This document shows, piece after piece, positions 25,701-38,384 of a DNA stretch of 64,000 nucleotides. Position 1 is the stretch's first letter. Each line of letters opens with the position of its first letter. The notes under the pieces are model-generated. The model did not search any database. It was not told the origin of the DNA and saw nothing but the letters and a program-made list of their open reading frames with translations. The DNA is from Microthyrium microscopicum (taxonomy: Eukaryota). Position numbers and translations under genes: made by a program. The stretch is taken from assembly GCA_010405405.1 (NCBI GenBank), contig MU004233.1, positions 695,122 to 759,121 on the forward strand, written 5' to 3'.

Positions 25701-28700
25701 TATCTTAATAGCCTCTAAAGTTACCTCTAATTTTGTCTACTTTATTATACTCTTCTTAGTAGCTTCTATTATTATTATTATTAGTAGTAAAATTCTAATT
25801 ATTATCTAAATATATAACGTTATTATTCTATTAATCTTAAGTATAATCTATAAACTAATAAGATTTATATAAGTCTATAATAACGTTAGAATTATTATAC
25901 TAATTACTTACCTAGTTATTTTACTAAACGCTATTTATAAAATCTTAATACTATTAGTAATTAATAATAAGAAATTTATAATAAGAAGCTAATTATTTAC
26001 TAAAAGTATTTAGTATCTTACTACTCTATTCTATACTATTTATAAACCTATTTAAATTTATATCTAAGTTCTAGTAATAGCTTCTTAAGCCTAAGGCTAT
26101 AGCTTTCTAACTATAGTATAGCTAACCTAAAGTTTTCTAACTATTATCTTAATCTCTTTTATAATTTTATTACTATAATTAGTAAGTTAACTATTTATTA
26201 ACTTTTATACCTTAGTTTACTAAGGAGCTATTATTATAACTAGTATACTAATTACTATCTTTACTATATCTAGAATTTTTATAGTAAGAGTTATTATACT
26301 AACTATAACTAGCATTCTAAATATAGTAAAGTTATCTTATTATCTTAAGATAGCTTATAGCTATCTTCTTTTATAAGAACTTATTACTTTTTAGAGACGC
26401 CTTATAACTATTTACTATTATTATTATATCTAGTTTACTAATTACTATTATAAACTCTAATTCTAGGTTTATATATACCTATTTAATCTTAGATAGTATA
26501 TCTTTAAAGCCTATATTATTAGCCTTAATAAGTATATTAGAAAGCTACTATATAAGGCTTTTCTTATTAGATATATCTTCTATAGTATAGCGTAAGTTAA
26601 AGTTACTTACTAGCTTACTTAAGGCTTATATCTTATCTAGTATAAATTTAGTTTTAAGAGTTTTAACCTAGTTTATTATAGCTAGTCTTCCTTATAAGCT
26701 ATTTTTTTTAAAAGTAGATAGTACTATATACTATAGTAGTGCTACTTTATAAAGATAATAAGGAATATTTATTTAGATAGTTTAATAATTTATTAAACTT
26801 AGAAGATCTTTAAGTTAGTTATAAAATAGTCTAACGTCTCTATAGTAATATTCTTTATCTTTATAAAATATGCTTTCTTTACTCTAGCTCTATAAAGTAT
26901 CTAGAAAGAAATATTCTATATTCTTAGTCTTCTATTTTATATAGTGTTTTACTATAGTATAATTTAAACCTTAGTTTATTTTATTAAGTATTATATAAGC
27001 GCTTATTATTATAAGTTCTATAATAAGCTTAAGTAAGGCTAATAAAGCTATAAACTATTCTACTAATATAGAGACTATAAGTATTAGTTATAGTATTAGG
27101 TCTTATTAATATTTAGGAGTATAATCTTTCTAGATTAATTCTATAGAATTATATTTATTATAAAAATTATTCTATTTTCTTAATATATAGTTATAGGACT
27201 ATAATCTATTATAACTATTATTATTAGAATATTTACTATTTACTATAGTATTATTTTATTTATAGCTATAAGAGTTAGTAGTTCTATTTTACTTATTATC
27301 TCCTTAATAATCTACTATAATTTTTTTAGAGGATTAATCTTTACTATATCTATACTTATAGAAAACGCTAGGCTTATTTCTATACTACTTAGAAGTAGTC
27401 TAAATTACTATATAATCTAAGGTAGAAGAATTTTAGCCTAATAATAAAGATAGATTTTCTAAGAAAGAAATAATTAAGACTATAAGTAACTCTAAATTCT
27501 TTATAAAAATTAAGAAGTTAAATTTAGATTTAAGTTTAAAACCTTCTCTAAGAAGTACTAAATCTTCTTATAGTAATATTAATAAATTTATACTATTAAA
27601 ATATAGATCTAGATATATTATTAATTTATACTTTAAGAAAGTATTATTTTCTATTAATAGTTATAAAATAGAATATTTTTAGCTCTTTATTTATAAGATC
27701 TATATAGCTAAGAAGTAATCTTCTATAGGATCCTAATCTTTTAAGGATATTAATAAAGAAATAACTTTAATATTTACTTTTAGGAGTAGATTTTATAAAC
27801 TTAATTTATTAAAAGAAACTTATAGTATTAGCTAGGGTAAGGCTATATTTAAGAGTAAGTTTTTCTCTTAATAGAAATTTACTAAATAAAGTTTAAATTC
27901 TTTTATAGCTTTTATTCTTAGCTTACGTTATTTTATTTACTCTCCTAGTATTTTAAAAAAGTTTTTAAATTTAAACTCTAATATAAACTTCTTATATAAT
28001 TTCTTTTAGTAAGAAAGATTCTTTATTAATATAAATTATAAATACTATCTTTTAAAAGTTATATCTTTAGCTAATAAAGATTCTAATAAATTTATATTAC
28101 CTATATATCTCTATATAATATATAAATAATTTTCTTTCTAAGCTCTTTTTATTTATAAACTTCTTAAACTTTTACTTATAAAACTAAATCTTTATAGTAA
28201 TATATTACTTAGTAAAACTACTAGGTAGCCCTAGCTTATAAATTAAGAAGTAGTAAAGCTATAGTAAATACTTTTAAGGATATTTACTATTAAAGATCTA
28301 AAACTACTAGCTAGATAAATACTAGTAACTAGATCTTACTAAGCCTAATTAAGGTATAATCTATAAGTAGAGTATAGAGAGTAGCTTATTAATAGTTTTG
28401 CTTAAAGAGATCTAATTCTTAAGAAAGAGTTTTAGAAAAGTATTTTATACTATAGTATAATACTTAGAAATAATTATATAATAGTATAGTTGCTAATTTA
28501 TAATAAAAACTTTTAGAGACTAGATTTATTACTTTTACTAGTATATAGAATTAAAGATTTTTAGGAAAAAATTAATAAAAAGGTTTTAAAGAAGGTATAT
28601 AATAATAAGACTACTATACTAAGAATAGATAGAAGTCTAATATTATTAATAAATTTAAGTATAAAAGTTAATATAAAGACTTATAAAAAATTAAGAAGAA

Positions 28701-29351
28701 ATAAAGAGAGAAAAATAATAGTAATTATTAGTAAAGGGTAGTTTATTAACTATTATCTAATATTATACTACTTCTTACTAGGTAGTAATAGTTATAATAT
28801 AGTTAAGGCTTACTCTTAATATTATTAAGCAATTCTTTATACTTAAAAATAAATTATAAAGGAAGTTTTAATAAAGAATTAAAATAGATAAAATAGGTTA
28901 GTAGAGAAAAGTAAATAAAGATTAGAAAGTTATATAATATCTAATACTAGTAGTTATATAGTAAAAATGCTTTATAAAATAATTCTAGTAAGATAGTAAA
29001 GATAGAAAGTATAATAAAAAAACTACTAAGAAAACTCTAAGCTTAAAGTAAGGGGTTAATTAATAAGCCTATAAGAATATAAAGAATAAAATCTTTTAAA
29101 GAATATATACTATGCTTTAAGGTTAATAGAGCTTCTTTTATTTATCTTTATAATAAAGATAATTAAAAGAATTAAAAACTTATTACTACTACTAAAGAGA
29201 AAGCATATAGTAAGATAAAGTCATAGTAAGTAAGATAATAGAATAAGGAAGCTATCTAGCTTCTAATCCCTAAAGGGGATGAAATATCTATCTGACCCTA
29301 GCCCTACCTCTTTAGGAATAGGTAAGAGCTATGATCTAACGTCACGTATCA
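22781..29351 (-). mobile_element. RIP-degenerated Ty3/gypsy LTR retrotransposon, 5' half (LTR, gag region, protease, RT), truncated before RNase H/integrase
   Basis: One minus-strand frame: protease YINLG (CIDSG) at 25339-25347 and LLVSIDIL ~25100; RT FNKL*A*GKIE..PF..LVFIV*K...INKITIKDTYL...NAKFFFY*F...F*NSPSYV**FIN...IYINNF (YIDD at 23086-23097), LGFL..ILEK, TR*L*EYILRY. Outer end reads TGATACGTG from 29351, consistent with an LTR 5'-TG. Inner LTR end not located. Confidence 0.88.
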
Positions 29352-30806
29352 TTCAGCCAGCGTACAGGATTGGAAAGGTTGAACCTCACGAAGAACCGGG
29401 CTCATCGGAGGGGCCTCACTCCATCCTAGACCATTGATAGTTCCCAGCCACAGTGCCGTGGAGACTATCCTAGTCCGGTCAGACGATACAGTGCTAGACA
29501 AGTTTGCGCCCCTTGATGCTGCGTACAGAACTGGTCCATCCTGTTCATTCCTAGTGCCGCTCTTGACATGCTCAAGGTGAAGCTCATGATTTCCCCATAT
29601 GGACACAAGATACCAGCGATCCTCATTCTCCAGAGCCCAATCTGGCACCCACGATGGTAAACTACCACGTGTTTGATTGTTTCTGCCGTAACAAATGATA
29701 TCCAAGTCTTTGTAGTAATCGATATGTGCCACAACTAAGTTTGTAAATACTTCCTGAACACTAGATGCATAGTCTGGCCGCGGTACGAGAGCTTGTGAAC
29801 CTCGTGCAAGACCAAGCATGGCATAGATGGCATCTCTCGGGTCGGTACACTCGGTTGCAGTAGTCCTGTTCAACAGGTAGAGTAAAGGCAGCGAGAAATC
29901 ATGATGTAAACGATGAATTTTGGTGTTCCTCATATTGGAAGCCTGCCAAAGACCAGAGTTTCCAATAATCAAACAAGGTCCGCCTTCAGAAATTGGGGCT
30001 AGATTCGAGTTCTCCAAATCTCCAAGCACAACCTGCAATCCAGGGGGTCCAAGAGAGGGATCAAGTGCCTTGTCGAGCGTGTTTATTGCTTCGAAGAGAA
30101 CGTCACTACTGCACCATCGTGTACCGCAAAACATGAGTATTCTTTTGGAAAGAGTGTACTCCTGTTGGATCCAAACACGGACCCACCACTGGCGTTGGAA
30201 TAATCGATGCAAGGCTAACCACCCGTCACGTAGCCCAGGATGTTGCAGTAATTCAGTATTGACAAACTCATGGCCCCCAATTTCCTCGTGCCCATGCCAA
30301 ATAAGCTCTATCATATCAATAGCTAGGTCGCTATTATGATAAGATGAGCCCAGCCAGGCCAGAGTGCAACCGGCATTTTGGTAAATTTGAGCCATTAAAG
30401 AGACCTGTTTTCCACGCTCTTCTAGGTTAGATTGATCAATACATAAAGCATCGATCCAGAAGTAGGGCTCGCCGATGATGTTTTCGTCTTTACCGAAGTT
30501 GAATTCATGAAGATTGACGAGACATGAATATAGATTGTCTGTGACCGGCAGGCCGCAACCATCGATTGTGATTTCGAGATTGAATTCTCTTGGACCCCAC
30601 ACGTAGGATAAGGGAAAATATTGCGTCGAGCTAAGGTCGCTTACTTGAACCGTTATCATGGACAGGTCTATAGCCCCGTCCGGCTTGAACGCGTTGGCAG
30701 CGTACTGCACCAAGCGAATCTCCGAAGATGCTGAGATAGGGGAATATATGTATCGAGGTCGAGGTAGGGCATCTCCAAGATCAAGAGGTATCTCAGATTC
30801 TGTCAT
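29349..30806 (-). CDS. HET-domain (HET-6-like) heterokaryon incompatibility protein, probably 3'-truncated
   Basis: Motifs IRL, LSYVWG, FWIDALCIDQSNLEERGKQVSLMAQIY, WWVRVWIQQE, TDPRDAIYAMLGL, PDY and LPSWVPDW; the stop codon coincides with the edge of the RIP block. Confidence 0.9.
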   Translation of the reverse strand: MTESEIPLDLGDALPRPRYIYSPISASSEIRLVQYAANAFKPDGAIDLSMITVQVSDLSSTQYFPLSYVWGPREFNLEITIDGCGLPVTDNLYSCLVNLHEFNFGKDENIIGEPYFWIDALCIDQSNLEERGKQVSLMAQIYQNAGCTLAWLGSSYHNSDLAIDMIELIWHGHEEIGGHEFVNTELLQHPGLRDGWLALHRLFQRQWWVRVWIQQEYTLSKRILMFCGTRWCSSDVLFEAINTLDKALDPSLGPPGLQVVLGDLENSNLAPISEGGPCLIIGNSGLWQASNMRNTKIHRLHHDFSLPLLYLLNRTTATECTDPRDAIYAMLGLARGSQALVPRPDYASSVQEVFTNLVVAHIDYYKDLDIICYGRNNQTRGSLPSWVPDWALENEDRWYLVSIWGNHELHLEHVKSGTRNEQDGPVLYAASRGANLSSTVSSDRTRIVSTALWLGTINGLGWSEAPPMSPVLREVQPFQSCTLAE

Positions 30807-31470
30807 ATTGGAAAACAGTAGTGATGTTATCTGATGTCTCTCCTTTGGTCAAATGTCCAGTAGATCACCTCATGGTATTGAGGAAGTCAGTTTGGAACCA
30901 GGTCGGATTGCGGAAACGTCGTCAGCACCGTGGACATGCGCCTGAGCTGGCAGTGCACCAATCCGCTTCCGTGGCTGAGTCCAGTCTGGGCATACCTAGC
31001 CCATCAAATGGAATAGCTACTTCGTAAGGCTGAATCGACGTGGCGTTAGGCTGAACATGAAGTAAGAAATTCTCCCTTGGTCGATCGACAATTATTAGCT
31101 TTGTACATGATTTGTCTTGCAATCTCAGCTAGTAAATCATGTCCAGAAGTTCATTGGCTTTTTAAGAACAGAATGTCAACATGGTGGTTAGCTTTCGCAG
31201 TCTCTATACTGAGTACTCAATGTCGCTATCAATCACAGTCTTACCATGTTCAGCCTGACTGGCCAAAATCTCAATAAATGCATGCGATATGCGCAGGAAT
31301 AAATTGGCACTTTTCCTTTCAATGTTTTTCATGATTGGTTTCCCTCCAGACCATCTCTTGCCTGTTGACCATGTGATGACGTGACGCTTTACTTTCCGGT
31401 CTTGCTGTTGACTCTATTTTGTTCGCATATCTTGTCCTTGTTTCAAGATGTCATGCTTACTATATCAGCC

Positions 31471-32240
31471 ATGCTACACCTGCTTTCACTTTTCCTACAT
31501 CTATTACGCAGCTGTCTAGCACAACAACCACAAATCACCGCGTCGCCAATCATCGTCAAACGACAAAATCAGGGTGAGACAAGGCTATGTCACCACCACA
31601 GCAGGCGGCATCTGTATTCACAATATCCGCTCCACATCTCACAAGCCCACCTAGAGCTAACCAGAAATTACTCGCAAGGGAGCACAAACAGCTGTCGCTC
31701 CAACGCCTGGTTCTCAACATCCAGCTCCTACACGATGTTTCTCCACCAGCGAAACCACCAACGGGGGCGCCATATTCTTCACAACCTGCTCTGACAACAC
31801 ACAACTGGGAGCTAACGAACTTGGTTCATCTTACTACTATGAATGGTTAGCTCTTACCATGCATATATACCTCTATGTTGAGCAGACTACTCCCGGAGCT
31901 CCCGCTAATTCACTCATCAAACAGTTCAAACAATGCTCCAGTATGCAGTACAGAATACCGAGCTCTCGACTTAGCAGATACCGCGCCACTAAGTCTTTTA
32001 ATTTGTGATTCAGTAACGGGGTTTAGCCGGAGAACACTGTACCTTACCACGCCTACTATCTCGACTGAGTCAACAGCAACACAGTATGTGGCAACAGGCA
32101 AAGCATCAAACAAGATCGTTCTAGGCGTTGGAATTGGTCTTGGAGTGCCGGTTCTAATTGCGATGGTAGTGGGTGCCATTTTCGCTTATAGAGCGATTAG
32201 ATATCGGAGATTGGAGCCTGTGGCTGTTTATCGTAGTTAG
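31471..32240 (+). CDS. Hypothetical small single-pass membrane protein (signal peptide, Ser/Thr region, C-terminal TM); spliced, exon structure uncertain
   Basis: MLHLLSLFLHLLRSCLAQQPQITASPIIVKRQ (signal peptide plus KR site), GTGAG donor ~31574 and gctaac..cag acceptor ~31664; last segment ends IVLGVGIGLGVPVLIAMVVGAIFAYRAIRYRR. Confidence 0.5.
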
Positions 32241-32554
32241 TGAGAATAGCTGGATATGTTGGAGAATGAGGATGATCTTATGTGGAGAGGGTTGAAGTTG
32301 ATGATCCGAGATGTCTTGGTGCCCATTAACTACGTTGGAATCGGTAAAGGTATTGAAAGCGATGCTTCCGTCAAGTATATATGTAAGAACATGTATCCAC
32401 AAACGCATCTAAATAATAAGAAGAGGCAACATTGTTCCTCTCATGAATGGTCTATATCTACCGCCAGTACGCCAGATCTTCCTTGTATATTCGTTTGTTG
32501 CATTAGATAGATGGTGAAGAGATATATATAAATAGTACAGGTTTTGGTGCGTGA

Positions 32555-33931
32555 TCACTTCCTTCGTTTCATGACTTTTGTGCACATTTCTTCTAGACCT
32601 TCTTTGGCCTCGCTGGGTGGAAAGTCTTTTATAGCGTCGATGGCTTGGTCAACGTAGCTTTGGGCTAAAGCACGCGTTTGCTCTAGTCCGGAGCTTTGGA
32701 GGACTAATGTTCGTGCCTGGGTTTGTTAGTTTCGTGATAGGAATACTGGGCGGGTTCAACATACCTGTTCCACATCGCCCTCATTGGCAAACTTCCTGCC
32801 CACCAACGTCCCCAGCTCAGGCATCGACTCCCATGCAAACAACAACGGCGCAGTCGCGAGTCCTAATTCCAAATCCGCGCCCGCTGGCTTTCCTAATCCA
32901 GCGCCAGACTCGGTGTAGTCAAGCATATCATCAACCAACTGAAACGCCAACCCCAAATTCTTCCCATACGCATACGCCGCTTCCACCACAGCAGGTGAGC
33001 TCTGCCCCAACAGCGCCGCCGCCCTACAACTCTTGCTTATCAAACTCGCGCTCTTGAGATACGTCTTTTGCAGATAATACGTCAGTGTCTCTGGCGTCCA
33101 CACTGGCCGCTTCTCATCCTTCGCCGTATTCCGCAGCTGCATGAACTCGCCCTCCACCAAATTCGCAATGACTGTTGCAAGTAGTTCGGTCACTTCGGGA
33201 TCTCGTAGACGGGCTAATGCGACAGATGCGCGGCCGAGGAGAAAGTCGCCCGCGAGGACGGCGAGTTTGTTGGAGAAGGCGAGATTTGCTGAGGGCATGC
33301 CTCGCCGGGCGGTGGAGTGGTCAATTACGTCGTCGTGTAGGAGGCTGGCGGTGTGGATTAGTTCGGTGATTTCGGCGAGGCGGCGTTGGGAAGGGAGGAT
33401 GTTCTCTGCGTCGGGGTCGGTTGATTCGTAGAGAAGGCCGTCGTTTGCGGTTAGTGGGAGGAGCTGAGATGCGGAGGGGTTGCTGTCGTTAAGTATGCTG
33501 GGAATGGCGAAGGGTGTGTCAATTCCGCGTTGGGAGATTGGTGAGATTTGGGATCGTGTTTCTTTGGGAGCAATTGCGGTTGCTCGAGACATTAGGAGGA
33601 CTAGCATTGGCCGTACGTATTTTCCTTCTGATTGAGTGTAATATTTTGCGACTTTGTCGAGCATGGGATGACCTGATCCAAGGAGGTCTCGTATGTTTTT
33701 GGTGAGGAATTTCATCTCTTTAGCGACAGAGCGGAGAGGGTCGAAGCTGATTGGGGGTTCCGTCTTTGTGCCATTGGTAAGGATTTGCTTCACAGCGGAA
33801 GCTATTGACGATTGATGTCGATTTTGTGTTATATAAAGCGAAGGATGTCTGCATTGGGCGCAGAGTTGTATGTTGGCATGGGATCTGATGGTGGATGTTA
33901 TCCTCGAGGGATGGGCGGACCGGGCCCTCAT
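32555..33931 (-). CDS. COQ1: Mitochondrial hexaprenyl/polyprenyl diphosphate synthase; 2 exons (intron 32717-32764)
   Basis: GKYVRP, ELIHTASLLHDDVID (first Asp-rich motif), LAGDFLL, LGLAFQLVDDMLD (second motif), GKPAGADL; Arg/Ser-rich presequence; second exon ends ..KVMKRRK*. Confidence 0.93.
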
Positions 33932-34502
33932 TGTGAAGTATGAGAACTGGAGTTGTTATTGAGCAGTCATGCGTAGCAGGCGAGCAAATCTATAGCGATT
34001 CGAAGTAGATCGAGGGTGTATCAGAGGCAATTGGGACCATTAAGACTGTTGAAGACTGTAGAGAAGTAAAGATTTTGGATGAAGCTTGGACGGGCTTTGG
34101 CGACCAGGATGCGGCTAGCTGGCCAATGAGGTATTTGATATGACGGGTTCCACGCGACTGCAACTAGGATCCTCGCGGCTGCAGCCACCCATCATCATAC
34201 ATTTAGACACTGCATGATAATCAACACTTCCAGGTTATTTTTTGAAGTAATCGTATGATTTGAGAATGGAGATACAGCCTTCTCCTCCACACAGATGAAA
34301 AAAAATCTTAAAGCTCTAAATAAATATAGGTAAAGCAGGCAAAAGCAACAGGAACGTTGGTAGCCTTGCAGCTTGGCAGGCACGAATAGCTCCAGCCAAT
34401 CATCTTTTTATCGCATCCCTGCTCCTGCCGACTGATCTCAAGCTTAATTCCCATGAAGATCAAGACATCTTGATCTCTAAAGTCACCGACACATCCGCCA
34501 TC

Positions 34503-35314
34503 ATGGCTTATTTCCTGGCAATGACGCCGTCCATCGTCCAACTCGTTCAGCTATACTTGGAGCAACATGACCTGATGGACGACGCGATGAAAGAGCCGAA
34601 GCTCGACAGTCCCGCTCCAGGCAACCCCATTTCACATCTCCAACTCATAACACTAGCCAACTGGGCCCAGAAATGGTTCCAAGGCCATTCAAACCCACAT
34701 GCCATACCAACGCGTCTCAATGATTTGCTCAAGGGTTGTGAAATCTACAAACCACCGATAGAAGCGCCGAAAGCACAAGTGAGACAGCCATCCTACAAGC
34801 CTTCTCGAAACTAACCATCCAGACATCCGAATACAAGCAACTAATGGCACGCCTTCGAAAAGAAGAAGAAGCCCGCTCCTACGAACGTATGGTGAACCCA
34901 GCCCTACCGAGTGAAACATTCTCCCAACGATTCCCGGGTTCCCGAATCCAGCACCTCATGCCCTCGAATCCAAAAGACTATGAAGACGACGATATCACAT
35001 ACGCCGAGGTCAATCGACAAGTGGCACTCATATTTAATGTTTTGATATCGATTGTGGCATGCGCGGTGGCTATTTGGGTAGCGGCGAGACACTGGCGCAT
35101 TGAGGCTAGATTGGCGTTGAGTATGACGGGAAGTCTGGTTGTGGGCGTGGCAGAGGTGGTGATATATTCGGGGTATTTACGACGACTGCAGGAAGCGAAG
35201 GTTAATGAGAAGAAGAAAGTGGAGGTCAAGAGTATTCAAGACACATGGGTTATCGAGAGCAAGCCAAGTAAAGGCAAAGAGACGGAGAGTGGGGTCAAGA
35301 AGCGTCGCATATAG
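34503..35314 (+). CDS. VMA12: ER V-ATPase assembly factor Vma12/Vph2 (TMEM199 family); intron 34779-34822
   Basis: L.MTPSI start, PGNPISH, LLKGCEIYKPP, spliced TSEYKQLMARLRKEEEARSYERM, two TMs ending VGVAEVVIYSGY. Confidence 0.85.
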
Positions 35315-36100
35315 GTTGAATCTGATGACAGGTCTATATGATAGCAGGTATCAAAACATGTTTCGTACTTGATGGCACCCGTCAGGTTGAATTTTAAAGG
35401 CATTGATACTATGGAACAACTCCTACGTGTTGATTGGCCAGCTGGCTGTTGTTTGCACACACATGAAAACAGGGATGGTGGCACATGGAAATTGATCGAT
35501 GACGTAGGGATGCATTTGGAGCAAACTCAACACCAACAATCTTTCCGAGTATATCTTTGTAACCCATTTAGGAAACCAACAGGGCTGACTGCTTGGCCTC
35601 TGCTTCAGCCTTCAGCCTTTTCATCTAATTTCTCACAGTTTCTCATTAAAAGCACGGTACTATTCATTTCCCACAACCAGTTGTTGTTCAATTAGCATCT
35701 CCGTTGCTGAGAAAAGCGACTGCCAACTTTTGTCCCACTATTCCAACTTCAATATACATAAACATCAGCCTCAAATCGCTCATTGATCTTGTGCTTTTGG
35801 GCTTCGAAATTCACAGCGGAATATCTCTCTTTTATTTCCAGTTGAAAGGTATCGGAGATAGGTCCGGCGCTATTCCCTTTGGTGCTAAGTTCATGCAACT
35901 TTAAATCCTGATCCCAGTTTCATACAATCCTGCTTGCCTGCCAAGTTCAACATTTTACTTGAGCCGCTCCTGCATTGCTTTTCGTCCACTTTGATCCGGC
36001 TGTGTTTACTCCTCCTACCCGCGCCTCAAGTCTTCTCTTCTTCCTCTTCCTCCCCACCTTCATTGTCCTCATTCATGACCCAAGCCTATATTCATTAATC

Positions 36101-37756
36101 ATGACCTATTCACAATTACTCGCTGGTGCTGCCATACTCTGCGCAGTGGCTTCTGCTGTCCCTGCCCCTGCTCCGACTGCCAAACCACAACCTGTAGCTG
36201 ATGCTCAACAACCTCAAGTCACACCCTTCCGAGTCCAAAATGAGCCTACAAGAGTCCTCTTCGAACCTACTACTACACTAGCCATATATAGAAGAGATAA
36301 TATTCTCAGCAAGATCGAAAGTGGAGTCGGCGGTGTTTTGAGCAAGCTTGGTTCTGCCATACCAAGCTATGTCGCATCAGGCAAGTTGTGCTCTCATGTC
36401 GCAGTAACGGCTTCTAATACCATCTAGGAATACCCAACTTTTTTCAAGACTTTCCTACTGGCGATAAAGTGCAGTCCTCATTAGGCATAGACGATGCCCA
36501 GCTTGCAGCTCTTCCCACACAAGTCCTCAATCTCCCTCCCTATGGAAACTGGACTGATCAAGGTTGGCAAATACGATTCCACGGCAATGTAAGTCGAGAT
36601 GATATTTGTTCTTTCATCTTTTATACTTATCATTTTCAAGGTCTATAAACAACCCAACACAAACCTGACGACACTCAATAAACTAGCTAACATCTTTGTA
36701 CCGGGTGACTTCAATCAACTGCAGCCCTCCGAACAAGACCAGGCGCGCAACTTGACAGCCGAAATCTTCGTCGTACAACAAGCCAATGTCTCTGTTACAA
36801 TGCATCTCGAACCCGCACCACCATCTGGTAACCAAACCGGTGGTGTAACGGCGCCCGGAGGATCTCAAGACATCACCCTTCCCTACAACACCACCGCAGA
36901 AGGCGATTTCGATAACTTTACGCCGATCAAGATGAACGGTCTTCTACCAGGCAATCAGACCGCTGAAATACAAAAACTCAATGTATATGCAACCGGTGCC
37001 ACACTGGGTAACGCAACAGCCTATCTAGTTCCACCAACTGGCTACACAGTCATCAGTGATATTGACGATATTCTCCGCGTAACCAAGATTTACCAGCCCA
37101 AAGAAGGCCTCCTGAACAGTTTCGCGCGCCCTTTCGCTTCCTGGTTGAACATGCCCGACATATACGCCAATTGGAGCAACACCGTGCCAAATCTCCACTT
37201 CCACTACCTCACCACGACCCCAGAGCAAGTTACACGAAACTACATGGACTACATCTTCAAGACCTATCCCCTCGGCAGCTTCGATACCCGCCCACTCAAC
37301 TTCTCAGATATCGCAGCCACCCTCTCCATCCGCAAGTTCCTCCTCACCAAGATATTCGAGACCTTCCCGCAGCGAAAGTTCATCCTAGTAGCCGACACCA
37401 GCAACAGCGATGTCATGAAAGACTACCCCTTGATGGCAACAACCTACCCCAACCAAGTCCAATGCATCTTCCTCCGCAACACATCCGCCACAGATGACGA
37501 TAAATTCCCATACGATACCAGTGGCTTCAAGGGCATCAACCAGACAAAATACATGTTCTTCATCCAGCCAGATGATTTGATGAACCTCAACATCGCTGGC
37601 GGCAACTGCTATAATTCCACCATCAAGCAAAATGTCACTTTTGGCCTACAAGATGAATTGCTAGGTATTCACGGAAGTTCGGCGAGCACACTAGCTACGT
37701 CGAGTTCATCTGCGTTGATCGCATTTATTGTAGCGGCATTGTTTTTGATTACTTAG
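36101..37756 (+). CDS. Secreted, probably GPI-anchored App1-like phosphatidate phosphatase-domain protein (DUF2183 type); introns 36381-36427 (GC-AG) and 36589-36640
   Basis: Signal peptide MTYSQLLAGAAILCAVASA; WQIRFHGNVYK; HAD-like ISDIDDIL; HFHYLTTTP; ETFPQRKFILVADTSNSD; Ser-rich spacer and hydrophobic C-terminus. Confidence 0.8.
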
Positions 37757-38384
37757 ATAAAGGCTGGGCCTTTTAATTGTTTCCCTAAGACTCCATATGG
37801 CGAGAGAAAATCGCCTGTAAATACCTACGTGTTTTTTGTGTAGCATTATCTTGTAGGGTGGTTGGGTGGTTACATAGCATGCTGGCGCTGGAAATTGGTA
37901 GCGAAGTATTGGCTTAATGCGGATGAATAGAATGAGAATGATACATTTCTAAGCCTTTGAATTACTTACCCCAAATTTTCGATCATTTAGCCTTGTGCAG
38001 AGAATGGTACCATTTTATGATAACTGCCATTCAATGGTTGTGGTACTATCGGCTGCACAACTCAAATGCCCCCCAACTCCAACTCCAATTCGAGAGTGTT
38101 CCTGAAACGTTCACAACCACCAAGACAAATCCGCCTTGCCTGTTACCTACCCTCTCTCGTTCCAATGAGCACTCCCTCTGAACGCTGTCTGTCCTATACC
38201 ATCTCTTCCATACAGCGCTCCACACTCAGCCGGCCCTGACCCTACCGTCCTTGGCTCTATGATCGCACCGCAACAACACCACCACTTCATCACTTCGTCC
38301 TACAGATGCGCCCTGGCAAACAACTGGTGCTCCGTACTACACTGATGAGGGCGGAAGATTTTGGGTGTGGAGATATAAACTACG

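Larger units (their letters stand above)
1..29351. repeat. AT-rich, RIP-degenerated transposon block (heterochromatin-like compartment)
   Basis: Strong TpA excess and near absence of CpA/TpG; only one ORF called in 29 kb; internal duplicated segments differ mostly by C/T and G/A transitions; composition switches abruptly at ~29350. Confidence 0.95.

Noticed and set aside
1..29351. AT-rich block as mitochondrial insertion or contaminant
   Set aside because: Specific CpA/TpG depletion and recoverable nuclear transposon motifs indicate RIP; no mitochondrial genes recognised.
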